Below are positions 1-11,500 of a stretch of 64,000 bases of DNA, piece after piece; the first letter of the stretch is position 1; the number at the start of each line of letters is the position of its first letter. The notes under the pieces were generated by a model that had not been told where the DNA came from, did no database searches, and worked only from the letters and a program-made list of their open reading frames with translations. Made by a program: the position numbers and the translations under genes. Source of the stretch: Terriglobales bacterium (GTDB taxonomy: Bacteria > Acidobacteriota > Terriglobia > Terriglobales > Acidobacteriaceae); NCBI GenBank assembly GCA_035308395.1, contig DATGGT010000123.1, positions 71,786-135,785 of the forward strand. The letters run 5' to 3'.

Positions 1-243
1 GGCGCCAGTTAGGCGAAGGCTGCGAGCCAAGGTCGTAGTTTGAACAGTCAATACCTGTACATGGGCCATCTGCTCAGGCGGGATGGTAAACAACTCGGCC
101 GTATCGGAGTTTTTCTTGGCGTTCTCATCGGCGGGTTTGGAACCGCTCTCGCAGCCGACGAGCAGCAACGCGACTGCCGTCACGACGGCCGATACCGCCA
201 TCGTCCGTTTCCCGACGCGATGACGATTGGTGGAAGCGCTCAT
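1..243 (-). CDS. Efflux RND periplasmic adaptor (membrane fusion protein), N-terminal fragment running off the window
   Basis: Own translation from ATG at 243: MSASTNRHRVGKRTMAVSAVVTAVALLLVGCESGSKPADEN... Lipoprotein signal with LVGC lipobox. Lies 35 nt downstream of the TolC-like gene (usual OMF-MFP order). Confidence 0.55.
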   Translation of the reverse strand, partial: MSASTNRHRVGKRTMAVSAVVTAVALLLVGCESGSKPADENAKKNSDTAELFTIPPEQMAHVQVLTVQTTTLARSLRLTGA

Positions 244-278
244 AGCAGTTCCCTCATACCAGTTCCCTTCTGCTGCCC

Positions 279-1610
279 TCACTGCAACTTTCTCGTTCCC
301 ACCGCTTGCTTCAGTTGCTCGACTGCGGTCATATAGGCGGCCAGCGCCTGGCGGTAGGCGAGCTGGACGGCACGATAGCTGCGCTCCGCATCCAGGAAAT
401 CTAACAGGCTATTCGCGCCGCGCTTGTAAGCATACTCACTGATGTCGCGCGAGTCTTGCGCCTGCTTCAAATAGCCGGATGTATAGAGTTGCACCACTTC
501 CTCGTTGCTACGCACTGCCTCGTATGCGTTGGACACGTCGGAGAGGACGGTATCGCTCGAAGATTGCTCCAATTCCTGCGCCTGTGTGAGGGCGTGAGTG
601 GTGCGGGCGATCTCTCCTTGACCGCGATCAAAGATGGGCAGGGCAAAATTGGCGAAGACCGAGCCGGTGTACTCCGCGGAAACGTGGGTGAAGTCGAATG
701 TGCCGGTCACGTCAACCTTGGCGTTCGCCCGGGCAAGCGCGATTTGACTCTGGGCGGCGGTGACACCTAATTCGGCAGCGCGGAAATCGGGACGTTCGCG
801 CAATGCCCGGGCGGCGAAGTCGTCCTGGTTCCCTTTCAGGGCCTCGTAGCCGAGGTCGCCGACGACGTCGTAATCGGCAGGGACGGCGTTGTAGCCAAGA
901 AATTCACGCAGCGCGACGAGGGCCTGCACTTTTGCGAGACGGGCGGAAGACACGTCGGTTTGAAACTGCAGAAGCTGCAGTTTGATTTTCAAATAGTCGC
1001 CTTCACCGATGTAGCCAGCCTTGAGTTGCGCCCCGCTGATGTCGACAGTCTGCTGGAAAGCCTTCAGATCCTCGAGAGCAAACTGCAGCGTGGATTCCGC
1101 CAACAGAACGCTGACGAATTGCTGGCCCACGTTGAAGGCCAGCGTGCGCTCGGCGTCGGCAACCTGGGCGCGGGTAACGGCGGTCGTATCCCGGGCGGCC
1201 TGCAATCGCCGCTGGCGCTTATGGCCGCGCTCGAAGAGGTATCCGAGGCCGAGGTCGAACTGTTGAATATTGTCTACGTTGTCCGCGGTGAACTGATCGG
1301 GGCTAAACATCGGAATGAACTGCCAATCCAGGCCAAGAGTCGGATTGGGGCGCAGATTTGCCGTGATTTCCTGCGCCTGATTCTGGAGGATCTGCGTTCG
1401 TGTCGCCAGGAGCGAATGGTTGTGGGCCAGCGCCAGATCGACGGCCTGATCGAGAGTGATTCGAGTTGCCGTCGGGCTGCTATTCTGCGCGGACGCTTTC
1501 TGCGCGGACACTGCCCCCGCCAACAGAAAAAGCATGACCGCCCACGCCAACCGCGCTAACCAACGACCAGCGAATTTCCCACGAGAATCCCGAGAGTACC
1601 TGGAGCGCAT
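279..1610 (-). CDS. TolC/CzcC-family outer membrane efflux protein
   Basis: ORF 279..1655. Signal peptide follows the internal Met (MRSRYS...LLAGAVSAQKASAQ), then LDQAVDLALAHNHSLLATRTQILQNQAQ and two TolC-like coiled repeats. Confidence 0.85.
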   Translation of the reverse strand: MRSRYSRDSRGKFAGRWLARLAWAVMLFLLAGAVSAQKASAQNSSPTATRITLDQAVDLALAHNHSLLATRTQILQNQAQEITANLRPNPTLGLDWQFIPMFSPDQFTADNVDNIQQFDLGLGYLFERGHKRQRRLQAARDTTAVTRAQVADAERTLAFNVGQQFVSVLLAESTLQFALEDLKAFQQTVDISGAQLKAGYIGEGDYLKIKLQLLQFQTDVSSARLAKVQALVALREFLGYNAVPADYDVVGDLGYEALKGNQDDFAARALRERPDFRAAELGVTAAQSQIALARANAKVDVTGTFDFTHVSAEYTGSVFANFALPIFDRGQGEIARTTHALTQAQELEQSSSDTVLSDVSNAYEAVRSNEEVVQLYTSGYLKQAQDSRDISEYAYKRGANSLLDFLDAERSYRAVQLAYRQALAAYMTAVEQLKQAVGTRKLQ

Positions 1611-1994
1611 AAGAGCTGAGATCAGAGTGTACTCGCGGTGGACGACAGACCCCACTTAGCACGGACCTACTTCGTTTGATCCATGATGTCCGGCCCATGC
1701 TGTCCAACCCAGGCCGGATTCCGTCTCCCGAATTCTCCTCCTCTGTCTAAGACTGCAACTCATCGATGAATGGATGTATTGTAATTCACTGTATTCACAA
1801 TCGTTTGCGGCAAAAGCCGGAAAACGATTCGGCAGTCGCCGTCTCTCTTATGAAGGGCGGCGATTCGCACGAACAGTCGTAGTTCCTCCCCAATTGGGCG
1901 TCCTCCAACGCTGAATGCCGAGCTAATTGCTGCCGCACTCCCGCAGCCTGCCTAGGGCTGGCATTCCTCACTACCTGTCGATTGGAGACGCACC

Positions 1995-2486
1995 ATGAAA
2001 ATACCGCAGTTGATCCCCTGCTTCCTGTTGCTATTGTTACCGCCGAACCTCCTCGGCCAATCGCTGAGCGGCGGTGCCGTAGTCTTCGCGCTGCCCGAAA
2101 TCAATGCCTATCAGTTCACCTTGATGTCCGGCGGATATCAGAATCAAGATCAAGAGAACGACCAGGCCCAGTTGAATGGCTTCCACTATGGGAACGGAAC
2201 GTTCCATCTTTGGAAAAACGGCGGCCCAGGCTACTGCCTCAACAGCGTAAAACCAAGTACTCCGGGCTGCCGCTTTGATGGGAACATCGGGCCGATGACC
2301 TCAACAACGCTCAGCGAGTCTTGTACGCAGATCAGCTTTCCCATCACCAACGGCGAACTGCGAATTTTGACGCCTCACGGAGTCGATGTTCACAAGGGTC
2401 TGAGCGCGACCTACTCGCAGACCTACTGCGACGTCGGCGGCAGCATGTTTATGGCAGGCGGGACGGTGGTCGTGGACCTGGATTAA
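1995..2486 (+). CDS. Secreted hypothetical protein
   Basis: 163-aa ORF with clear signal peptide MKIPQLIPCFLLLLLPPNLLGQS. Protein-like composition, no family recognised. Confidence 0.55.
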   Translation: MKIPQLIPCFLLLLLPPNLLGQSLSGGAVVFALPEINAYQFTLMSGGYQNQDQENDQAQLNGFHYGNGTFHLWKNGGPGYCLNSVKPSTPGCRFDGNIGPMTSTTLSESCTQISFPITNGELRILTPHGVDVHKGLSATYSQTYCDVGGSMFMAGGTVVVDLD

Positions 2487-2517
2487 GCGCCACGTCCTGA
2501 ACCCGTCAGCGGATCGG

Positions 2518-3408
2518 TCAGTGCCGTTCGAGCGCACCGCGGTCCCATCCGGCGAGATTTGCTCCGGCTTCATATGTGGTTTGTGCGAACTGGAGAAGCT
2601 CTGCCGGTGGCGAAGCGGCGCGCCGCACGTCGTCATAATCCAGCAGGAACTCGTGCATGGTGGTCTGATATAACGCGGCCTTCGGACCAACCGGCTGCTC
2701 ACCAAAGCCGGCCGGTTCGGGGGCCATGTAGGAGTAGAAAACGGGTCCGGGCACACCTCCGCCGCCGGGCCACCAGCCGATGCTGCTGCATTCGTGGGAA
2801 TAGGATTCGGAAGTGATCAGACCCTTTCGTGCCGGGGCGCGACGGCCGTTAAAACGAGTGCAACATAAGTCGAAACTGCCCCAGAAAAAATGGGAGGGAC
2901 TTGCCTTGCCGATAAAACGCGCGCGGAATTCCTTAAGCACCGTATCGGTGGACCGCAGGATGCGCCACAAGCGATTCGCATACTCCGGGTCGTAGGCGGC
3001 ATGGGTCTCATCCTGGTCGAAAAGAATGGGATTGGGGACTTCTTGCGGTTTGGGGTTGATATGAATGTCGATGCCAAGTTCGCGCAGCAATGCAAATAGC
3101 TCGCGATAGAAGACGGCAACGGACTTGGGTGCGAGCGCCATCGCCCGTTCAGCGGTCGATGTTTTGACCTCGATACGGTGGTTCACAAAGTCGAAATGAA
3201 CCGTGACTGTGCTGCCTTGGTAGGGCATTGGCGAGGTGGTCAAACCTCGGGTCGTGACGTAGAGAGCGACATTCCAGAAATGATTTTCGAGTGGCGTCAG
3301 GGTCAGGCGAATTTTGCCGACGATCTGTGTCCACATGTGCAGGGTACGAAAGGTCGGTTCCCATTCCGCCAGCGGTAGCGCAGGCCAGTCTTGCTGCAAG
3401 GTGTTCAT
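2518..3408 (-). CDS. DUF5996 family protein
   Basis: MNTLQQDWPALPLAEWEPTFRTLHMWTQIVGKIRLTLTPLENHFWNVALYVTTRGLTTSP matches my memory of the DUF5996 N-terminus. Start moved to the internal ATG at 3408. Confidence 0.75.
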   Translation of the reverse strand: MNTLQQDWPALPLAEWEPTFRTLHMWTQIVGKIRLTLTPLENHFWNVALYVTTRGLTTSPMPYQGSTVTVHFDFVNHRIEVKTSTAERAMALAPKSVAVFYRELFALLRELGIDIHINPKPQEVPNPILFDQDETHAAYDPEYANRLWRILRSTDTVLKEFRARFIGKASPSHFFWGSFDLCCTRFNGRRAPARKGLITSESYSHECSSIGWWPGGGGVPGPVFYSYMAPEPAGFGEQPVGPKAALYQTTMHEFLLDYDDVRRAASPPAELLQFAQTTYEAGANLAGWDRGALERH

Positions 3409-3570
3409 AGTGGTGTGCCGATCTCCTGAACTTTGTCCCAATTGTAGACCGGCTCAGAACTCGACGCTGGAACATCGCATACAACTTTTCGCAGTCCGCG
3501 GGGTTCAATAGTATGTAGGGGTGTGACTCTGGAGGAGAACTTGAAAGAAGCCCGTCTGTTCCACAAGACT

Positions 3571-4149
3571 ATGCGTTCTAAGTTAACGGCGGGAGCCGTT
3601 TTTTTGTCTTTTTTGATAGCGATGACTGTCATCGCCAACGCCCAGAATGGCGTCATGTCGCCGAATCAGGGTGAGGCGGACGGAGTGAGCGCCGGTGGAA
3701 ACTGGTTGGAATTCAGTTCGATTGACAAGATGACGGGGGCCAAACGAGTCCGGTTTCAGCTCTTGTCGAACAACTATTTCCGCGAAGATCCGGAATTTAA
3801 GCCCCGAGTGAATCTCTACTGCGATAACGGGAAGCTGAAATTTCCCGACTTCAATCCTGGAGTCAGACTGCCTCCGCCAAATCGGCCCGGCTTCTGGGGA
3901 CAGCCGCAATTGGGAGTGAGGGTTCGCGTTGACGACACGAACTACCGCAAAGGCTGGAACTGGATGCGCGGACATTTCCTCACCATGGACAAAGGCACAG
4001 TTCGCGGCATGATCGGGGCGCAGGTTTTCAACGTGCAACTCCCCACGCGAAGCGGGTCGCAAATCGCGGAGTTTTCTCCGGCCGGGTTGGATCTGGGTCG
4101 AATCAAAGCAGCCTGCGATCTGACGCCGAAAAAACCGAGCGGAGACTAA
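3571..4149 (+). CDS. Secreted hypothetical protein
   Basis: ORF 3523..4149. Internal Met gives signal peptide MRSKLTAGAVFLSFLIAMTVIANAQ. The overlapping antisense ORF is Arg-rich junk. Confidence 0.55.
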   Translation: MRSKLTAGAVFLSFLIAMTVIANAQNGVMSPNQGEADGVSAGGNWLEFSSIDKMTGAKRVRFQLLSNNYFREDPEFKPRVNLYCDNGKLKFPDFNPGVRLPPPNRPGFWGQPQLGVRVRVDDTNYRKGWNWMRGHFLTMDKGTVRGMIGAQVFNVQLPTRSGSQIAEFSPAGLDLGRIKAACDLTPKKPSGD

Positions 4150-4162
4150 ATCCACATTTGTA

Positions 4163-4191
4163 GTGGGGACGGGCCAGTCACCCGTCCCCAC
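4163..4191 (+). terminator. GC-rich hairpin downstream of the 3571..4149 gene, no U-tract
   Basis: Perfect 11-bp stem GTGGGGACGGG / CCCGTCCCCAC with 7-nt loop, 14 nt after the stop codon. Confidence 0.4.
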
Positions 4192-4204
4192 GCCGCACGC
4201 CTGC

Positions 4205-4247
4205 CTCTGCATTTTCAGCTCTGCATCCCGGCCCTGCATCCCCAGCC
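4205..4247. repeat. Three 13-14 bp CTGCAT-containing tandem units upstream of bshA
   Basis: CTGCAT recurs at 4207, 4221 and 4234. The last two units are ctgcatcccggcc / ctgcatccccagcc. Confidence 0.6.
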
Positions 4248-4311
4248 ACTTCCGTGAATCCAATGATGGTATCGTTGGGGCTCAAATCCGCCCGAAATTC
4301 GCGGGAGACGC

Positions 4312-5469
4312 ATGAAGATTGGAATCACCTGTTATCCAACCTATGGCGGCAGCGGCGTCGTCGCTACTGAACTGGGTCTGGAACTCGCCCGCCGAGGCCA
4401 CGAGATTCATTTCATTTCCTATTCGCAGCCCATTCGACTGACCGGGCCGGAACCGAATATTCACTACCACGAGGTTGAAGTCACGCGGTATCCGCTGTTT
4501 GAATACCCTCCCTACGATTTGGCGCTATCCACGCGAATGGCGGAGGTATCGCAGCTCTACGAACTTGATCTGTTGCATGTGCATTACGCGATTCCGCATT
4601 CGGTGAGCGCGATGCTGGCCAAGCAAATGCTGGCGGCTACTCCGCCGCGGCGCAATTTGCCGTTCGTCACGACGCTCCACGGAACCGATATCACCCTCGT
4701 TGGCCTTGACCGTTCTTATCTTCCAATCACGCGTTTTTCCATCGAGCAAAGCGACGGAGTGACGGCCATTTCGCAATATTTGCGTAACCGCACACTCAAC
4801 ATCTTTGATATCAAGAACCATATCGAGGTCATTCCCAACTTTGTGAATTGCGATGAATATCAGCGCAAGGCGAAGTGGCTGGAAAAGCGAAGCGAGTATG
4901 TCGCGAACGACGAACGCCTGCTGGTGCATCTGTCGAATTTCCGGCCGGTAAAACGCGTTCTGGATGTGATCGAAATTTTTGACCGCGTGCGCAAAAAGAT
5001 CCCTTCGAAACTCCTGCTGATTGGCGACGGTCCTGACCGTTCGCAGGCGGAATGGCTGGCGGTGCAAAAAGGCATCCACGAACATGTGCTGTTTCTCGGA
5101 AAGCAGGATCAGATCCGGGAAAAACTGGCGATGTCGGATGTCATGCTGATGCCGAGCGAACTGGAGTCGTTTGGGCTGGCGGCTCTCGAAGGCATGGCCT
5201 GCGAAGTTGTCCCGATCGCAACCCGTGTCGGAGGTGTGCCGGAGGTGATCGAGCACGGCGTCAGCGGATTTATGGCCGAGGTCGGAGACGTGGACATGAT
5301 GGCGCGCTTTGCCATCGATCTCCTGGGAGATGAGTCGGCCCTGCGGGCCATGGCGAAGCGGGCACGCGCCGCGGCTCAGGAGAAATATTGTTCCAGCAAG
5401 ATCATTCCGCTTTACGAAGACTTTTACCGAAAGGTACTGGAGCAGTCATCGAAGTCGAAGCCGTCATAA
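4312..5469 (+). CDS. bshA: N-acetyl-alpha-D-glucosaminyl L-malate synthase (bacillithiol glycosyltransferase)
   Basis: [37 protein letters not shown]... plus the GT4 C-terminal E-x7-E region ([33 protein letters not shown]). Confidence 0.8.
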   Translation: MKIGITCYPTYGGSGVVATELGLELARRGHEIHFISYSQPIRLTGPEPNIHYHEVEVTRYPLFEYPPYDLALSTRMAEVSQLYELDLLHVHYAIPHSVSAMLAKQMLAATPPRRNLPFVTTLHGTDITLVGLDRSYLPITRFSIEQSDGVTAISQYLRNRTLNIFDIKNHIEVIPNFVNCDEYQRKAKWLEKRSEYVANDERLLVHLSNFRPVKRVLDVIEIFDRVRKKIPSKLLLIGDGPDRSQAEWLAVQKGIHEHVLFLGKQDQIREKLAMSDVMLMPSELESFGLAALEGMACEVVPIATRVGGVPEVIEHGVSGFMAEVGDVDMMARFAIDLLGDESALRAMAKRARAAAQEKYCSSKIIPLYEDFYRKVLEQSSKSKPS

Positions 5470-6823
5470 GCTCTTCTGGATTAGGCAGGATGGGCAGCCG
5501 CAAACGGACCAGCGTGCCTCCGCCTTCGCGGTCTTCGATCATCATTCTGGCGGTGTCGCCATAGAGCACCTTAAGCCGCTCCGCAATATTGGCCATCCCG
5601 ATTCCCATCCCAGTGAGGCCATTGTCTTCCGCGTGATGAGCAACCTGAACTGGCTGCATTCCGACTCCGTCGTCTTCCACCTCAACCACGAGCCGCGATT
5701 TGATCACGCGGCTGCGCAGCGTGATGCTGCCACCTTCGATCTTCGGCGAGAGTCCGTGCTTGATCGAGTTTTCGACCAGCGGCTGGAGCAACATGCTCGG
5801 AACCATCGCTTCGAGGGACGCCGGATCAAGGTCTTTGATCACCTGCAGTTTGTCTTTGCCAAAACGCACAACTTCGATGTCGAGATAGTTATCGATAAAT
5901 TCAACCTCTTCGCGCAAAGGCACGAAAGAATCGGTGCTGTGCAGCAGGCGGCGGAGAATGGTCGCGAGCTTCAGGATCATCTCCCGCGCCGTGTCGGGAT
6001 CGAAACGGACGAGCGATGAAATGGAGTTCAGCGTATTGAACAAGAAATGCGGGTTGATCTGATTCTGCAACGCGGCCATGCGCGCCTGTAGGAGCAACCG
6101 TTCTTGTTCTTCGAGTTTGATTTGAATCCGAACGCTGTTGAAGATTTTCAGTTCGGTGCCGACCACCATAACCACGGTCAGGTAGATCGCGCTCTCCACC
6201 AAATACCCTTCGAGTGTGGCATTGCCGATCCCCATCCAGAGACCGGGACTCTCGAGGCTGAAGATAGAGTTCGGCCAGAAACGCCAGATTTCAGTTTGCA
6301 GAAAACGCAGGCCGACGATGGTGACAAAGAAAGCAATCTGCCAATCGAACACGCGGGGCCGAGGCAGATTGCGGCGAATCCAGCGATAGAGACTGAGATC
6401 GATGAACGGCGAGAACGACCAGATGTCTTCTTGTTCGGGAGCGAGCCGGCGCAATTGCCCGGCAATGATTCCGGCAAACACGTTCAAGGGCATGCTCGCC
6501 CACTCGCCATGGAAAGTCGCAGGCAACGAGAGTAGCGCGCCACCGACGCCTCCAGTCAAGCGGCCGCCGATCACGCCCATCAGAAGAGCGGTTTCCAGCG
6601 ACAAGTCGCCAGCTAGAAAGCTTTTGGCGTTGAATCGTATCCAGACGCCGATTGCGATCGGGATCGCCATCCAGAGCGCGAGATAGATTTTGTGCCGGGT
6701 TTCGCGCTCTTCGCGAAAGATGAGATTCTTAAATTCCTTGGAGCGCACCAGCGCGCTCGACAAGGCGGCAGCCACGCCCAGCCTGATGAGAAGATTGACG
6801 AGTATCAGCCGCGGCTCAAGCAT
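5402..6823 (-). CDS. LytS/YehU-type sensor histidine kinase (multi-TM sensor, His_kinase, HATPase)
   Basis: N-terminal polytopic region, then LQNQINPHFLFNTLNSISSLV (LytS-type H box) and HATPase motifs (LLQPLVENSIKHG, DDGVGM, GIGMANI). No LytTR regulator adjacent. Confidence 0.85.
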   Translation of the reverse strand: MLEPRLILVNLLIRLGVAAALSSALVRSKEFKNLIFREERETRHKIYLALWMAIPIAIGVWIRFNAKSFLAGDLSLETALLMGVIGGRLTGGVGGALLSLPATFHGEWASMPLNVFAGIIAGQLRRLAPEQEDIWSFSPFIDLSLYRWIRRNLPRPRVFDWQIAFFVTIVGLRFLQTEIWRFWPNSIFSLESPGLWMGIGNATLEGYLVESAIYLTVVMVVGTELKIFNSVRIQIKLEEQERLLLQARMAALQNQINPHFLFNTLNSISSLVRFDPDTAREMILKLATILRRLLHSTDSFVPLREEVEFIDNYLDIEVVRFGKDKLQVIKDLDPASLEAMVPSMLLQPLVENSIKHGLSPKIEGGSITLRSRVIKSRLVVEVEDDGVGMQPVQVAHHAEDNGLTGMGIGMANIAERLKVLYGDTARMMIEDREGGGTLVRLRLPILPNPEELMTASTSMTAPVPFGKSLRKAE

Positions 6824-6860
6824 GGAATGGATTTCTTCCCGCCGGCGGCGGGAATTGGGA

Positions 6861-8117
6861 TCAGCTTCCGATTGTATCCGCTGCCTGACGCAAAAGCGTA
6901 TTCACGTCGACCTTGATGCCCGATGGGATTCCGCCCTGCGCGAAGTCGCGCGTTCCGCCGCCGCGACCTCCAACCGAAGACAGCACCTGCTTGAGTAGCG
7001 CACCCATATCGGCAGGGTTCGGTAGAGCACCGGCAGATGCAGCAGTCTGCGCGAAGACCAATCCTGGAGGATCCACTGTGCTCGCAACAAGCGCAATCGC
7101 CGGAGTTGCGGTTCGCGTCACTTTCTGGGCAAAGAGCTTCGCAAAACCGATGTCTCGGTCGGAGAAGGTATGCATCACAACCTTGCGTCCGTTCGACAGG
7201 GCTTGCGCGTGGAGAGCCGCCAGTGCCATGGACTCGGCAAGCTGGTCTAAGGCATCTTCCCTTTGTTTGCGCAACGACTTGTTCTCGTCGATGTTCTTGC
7301 GGATTTGCTCGGGCACATCCCACAACTTGGCTGAAAAAAGCGCGGCCGCTTCGCTGAGCGACGTGTAATCACGCCTCGCCAGGCGCACCGCGCGGTCACC
7401 GCAAACGAATTCCACGCGAATTCCCTGTCGCACTTTCTCGGACTTTCGCAGGAGAATCGAGCCGATCTGACCGGTCGCTGAGACGTGGGTCCCTCCGCAC
7501 GCCGAAACATCGAAATCCTCGACTTCGACAATGCGTAACTCATCGCGCTCCGCGGACGGAGGCTTGCGCAGGCCAAGCTTCTCCGCGTCCGCCCGTGAAA
7601 CATAACGGATACGAACCGGACGATTTTCAAAAACAACCTCATTGGCCCGCTGCTCGGCTCCGATGATCTTCTCGACATTCAGCGACGGCGTGTCGAGATC
7701 AATCGAGCAGTAGTCTTCGGCCATACGAAAAGAAACGGTGTGAATCTGGTAAAGCTCGATGAAGGCTGCCGATAGAACGTGCTGCCCTGAATGCTGCTGC
7801 ATGTGTTCGCGCCGCCGGCTGGAATCGATGCTGCCGCGAACGGCCACACCAGCCACGGGCAACTTGCCCTCGACATCGAGATAATGCAACACGCGGCCAT
7901 CTTCTGCGTCGGCGACCTCGGCCACGCGCAACCTGCCCAGCCCTTCAAGAGTGAGCCATCCTGTGTCATGAACCTGCCCGCCGCTGGTTGGGTAAAACGC
8001 AGATTCGCGCAACACGACAGCCGGCCGATTCTGCTCTGGCGAGATCGGGAGCACCTCTTCGACGATCGAATCGAATTCATGCATCTTGGAATTGTCGTAA
8101 TAGAGACGCTTGGTCAT
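6861..8117 (-). CDS. alaX: Alanyl-tRNA editing protein AlaX-L (tRNA_SAD plus DHHA1)
   Basis: MTKRLYYDNSKMHEFDS..., zinc motifs HSGQHVLS and CGGTHV, C-terminal GGRGGGTRDFAQGG. Start set at the internal ATG at 8117. Confidence 0.8.
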   Translation of the reverse strand: MTKRLYYDNSKMHEFDSIVEEVLPISPEQNRPAVVLRESAFYPTSGGQVHDTGWLTLEGLGRLRVAEVADAEDGRVLHYLDVEGKLPVAGVAVRGSIDSSRRREHMQQHSGQHVLSAAFIELYQIHTVSFRMAEDYCSIDLDTPSLNVEKIIGAEQRANEVVFENRPVRIRYVSRADAEKLGLRKPPSAERDELRIVEVEDFDVSACGGTHVSATGQIGSILLRKSEKVRQGIRVEFVCGDRAVRLARRDYTSLSEAAALFSAKLWDVPEQIRKNIDENKSLRKQREDALDQLAESMALAALHAQALSNGRKVVMHTFSDRDIGFAKLFAQKVTRTATPAIALVASTVDPPGLVFAQTAASAGALPNPADMGALLKQVLSSVGGRGGGTRDFAQGGIPSGIKVDVNTLLRQAADTIGS

Positions 8118-8529
8118 GATGGGAGCAATCAATTGCGGAAAACAGGGTCGACAGACGCCGGGACTGCGACAAAAAAAGTCAGGCACCGGCGACCCACTGC
8201 ACACGAAAGAGCCCGTTACCGTTGCTTCCTTCCGGACCTGGCGGGGTTGGCGGGAAAACGTCGCGCGGAACCGATGCCTGACTCTACATATTAGCAAGGA
8301 AACTCGACGGTAGGCAGGCTAGCCGCGTAACCATTTCTATCGTAAGCTGTTACAGTCGAAGGCGCGCACCTTCCCCAGGACCAGGCGCAAAGACACAAAG
8401 ACGAATTTTGGGCTTTCGGCGAACCAGTCACTGGTAACCGCCAACCCTGCTTTTTGCATTACCGGAGTCATCCCGTAGCGGAAGCAAACTGAAAGAATTC
8501 AACGACATATCAAATATCATTGATCAGTG

Positions 8530-8553
8530 GACTGTAAACGAGACTGTAAACGA
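8530..8553 (+). repeat. Perfect 12-bp tandem duplication abutting the ATG of the GGDEF-EAL gene
   Basis: gactgtaaacga gactgtaaacga, immediately followed by ATG at 8554. Confidence 0.9.
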
Positions 8554-11500
8554 ATGTGGCGTATTTTAACCCTATTTCTCCCGCTTGCCGCGGGAGTGCT
8601 GCGCGCCCAGGAATATAGCTTCCACATTTTCGGCAACAACGACGGCCTCAACAATCTCACGATACGGCAGATCTACCAGGACCACATCGGTTTCATCTGG
8701 GTCAGCACCGAAAACGGCGTCTTCCGTTACGATGGCGACCGTTTCGAGGCGTTTGGATCGGCCCAGGGCCTTCCGTCTAACTCCAGCGCAGCATTTGGAG
8801 AAGCTCCCGACGGAACCCTTCTGGCTGGCGGCAACTTCGGGCTTTATCGACTGAACGGCAACCGCTTCGAGCAGATTCCCGTTCCTTTCAAGAAAATCAG
8901 CTGGGAACAAGGCATTCAGTCGGATGGAAAAGGACACACTTATCTCGGCACAGACGCCGGTCTGATGCAGCTTTACTCCGAACCGGGTCATGAGGGATTT
9001 TCCCTGCGCAGTTTTCCTCAGGCGGCGGCAACCTCCGGGCCGCGGGCCGACGGAATTTTAGTGGACGGCAAGACCGTCTGGTACGGGTGCGGTCAGGAAC
9101 TCTGCCGCATGGACGAGAATGGCACCCGCGTCTTCGGACGAAGCAACGGCTTGCCAGGTCGCACCTTACTCGTGATCCGGAAAGACCACGACGGAAATCT
9201 CTGGGTGCGGGCGCGAAACGGCGTGTTCGTTTTGCCCGTGGGGCAGACCAACTTTCGAAGGCCCGATGCACCGGTTCCGGGGAGCGCGATGATCGGCGTT
9301 GCCAATATCGATGCTGACGGGCGCATTATGCTGCCGTCTCCGAACGGATTGCTGATCCGGGAGGAGAATCGCTGGCGAAAGATCGACCAGTCTTCCGGTC
9401 TCAGGGGCGCGGTTTACGCTGCCTTCGAGGACAAGCAGCACATTCTGTGGATCGGGTTGGCTGGTCGGGGGCTTGCTCAGCTACGGGGATACCAGGAGTG
9501 GGAAACCTACTCGACCACGAGCGGGTTGGCCAGCGACATTGTGTACGAGATCGTCCCGCAAACCGACGGTACTGTGTGGATCGGTACTGAAGGAGGGTTG
9601 CTGCGCGGAGAGAAGTCGCGGTCCGGTATGCGATGGAGCAAAGTCGCGGGACTCGACGGCCTGCCGGTTCACAGCGTTCGGAAGGCTCAAAACGGTGACC
9701 TCTGGATCGGCACTGAGACACGCGGCGTGGCGCTGCTCCATGTAAAGACGGGAAGAGTGGAATGGGTTGGAGAGGCGCGAGGCCTTCTGGCCGATGGGGC
9801 TTACACTCTGCGTTTCGATCGGCAACAACGGCTCTGGGCAGCGACCGATGCCGGCCTGTTTGTCGCGACTCCTCCCTATCAAAGACTCTCGCGTGTTAAC
9901 GAATTGCCCTCGACGCGATTTTGGGCGGTTGCGGAAGGGTCGGACGGCACAGTCTGGGTCGGCGGCGCCAACGGGCTTTCCTCCTATGCGAACGGCCACT
10001 GGCAAACCTTCACACCCGCGGATGGCCTGAGCAATCAAGAAGTGCTTTCATTGGGGGCAGGCGCGAACGGAACGATCTGGGTTGGATACCGCTTCGGAGG
10101 CGGCATCGACCGCGTCCATATGCAATCTCGGGGTTTTGCCGTTGAGAAGGGCATCCAGAGACCCGGCACCGAAGGACTTGTCTATTTCCTGGAAACTGAC
10201 GCGTCGGGCCGCGTCTGGGCCGGCACCGAACGCGGCGTCGACGTGTGGGAAGGCTCGCATTGGAGCCATTACGACGCGAGCGATGGATTGGCCTTCAATG
10301 ACTGCAACTTAAACGCGTTCGCCGAAGAGCCCGACGGCACAGTTTGGATCGGAACCAGCGCTGGACTCTCGCGGTTTAAACCACGTCCGCGCGTTTCACC
10401 CGAGGTCCCGCTCAAAGTCGTTTTCACCAAGCTGATGATGGAAGGAGCGGATGTTTTCGGCCAGTCCAATCCAGCCTCAAGCTTCCATGCCAACTCTCTC
10501 ATCGCGCGATACTCCGCGTTGAACGTTCGCAGCGAAGCCGGGATTTTATTTCGCTACCAGCTCGACGGCGCGAGTTCGAATTGGACGGAGACTACACAGA
10601 AAGAATTGCAGTTCGCGGAACTATCGCCGGGAGCTTATCGCTTGAAAGTAGAGGCTCAGGATGACACCGGCGGGTGGAGCGGAAACAGCGCGGAGTTCGC
10701 TTTCAGAATTCTAACGCCGTGGTATTGGTCCTGGTGGTTTTTTAGCATCTGCGGGTTGACCCCGTTGCTGGTGATTGGAAGCGTTGCCCGACTGCGTATG
10801 CTCGGAGCCGAAAGGAGGGAGCGCGAACTCCAGCAGTTAAAAGTGGCGCATGATGAGATCAGGAATCTCGCGTTCTTCGATCCGCTCACCGGCCTTCCCA
10901 ATCGACGGCTCTTGCTCGACCGGTTGCGGCAAACCCTGACGGCGAGCACTCGAAGCAATCGCAAGCTGGCGCTGCTGTTCATCGATCTCGACGATTTCAA
11001 GACACTGAATGACACGCTGGGCCATCACATCGGCGATCTATTGTTGCAGGAGGTTGCACGGCGGATTACCGAATGCATCCGCGAAACCGACACCGTGGCG
11101 CGACTCGGCGGAGATGAGTTCGTAGTTCTGCTGCAATCCCTGCCTGAAGTCGCCGAGGACGCGGCGGCGCAGGCTAAGACCATCGCACAGAAGATCCTGA
11201 CCACGATCGATCAGCCTTATCTGCTTTCTGGGCGCGCATGCCGCAGCAGTTCCAGTATCGGCATTACGGTTTTTGGGGATCGACAGAGCAGCACGAATAC
11301 GAACGAAATTCTGCAACAGGCCGATATCGCCATGTATCAGGCTAAGGCTGCGGGCCGCAACACCATGCATTTCTTCGCTCCGGCCTTGCAAGCGGCGGTC
11401 AATGCCCGCGCGGCGATGGAAGAAGATCTGCGCCAGGCGATCAAGGCGAATCAATTCGTACTCTACTATCAGCCTCAAGTGGACTGCGACGCCCTGGTTG

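Noticed and set aside
40-442. ORFs 40..336 and 227..442 on the + strand
   Set aside because: They are antisense to a much better minus-strand reading: the lipoprotein start of an RND adaptor and the TolC-like 3' end. Composition is Arg/Cys-rich and not protein-like.
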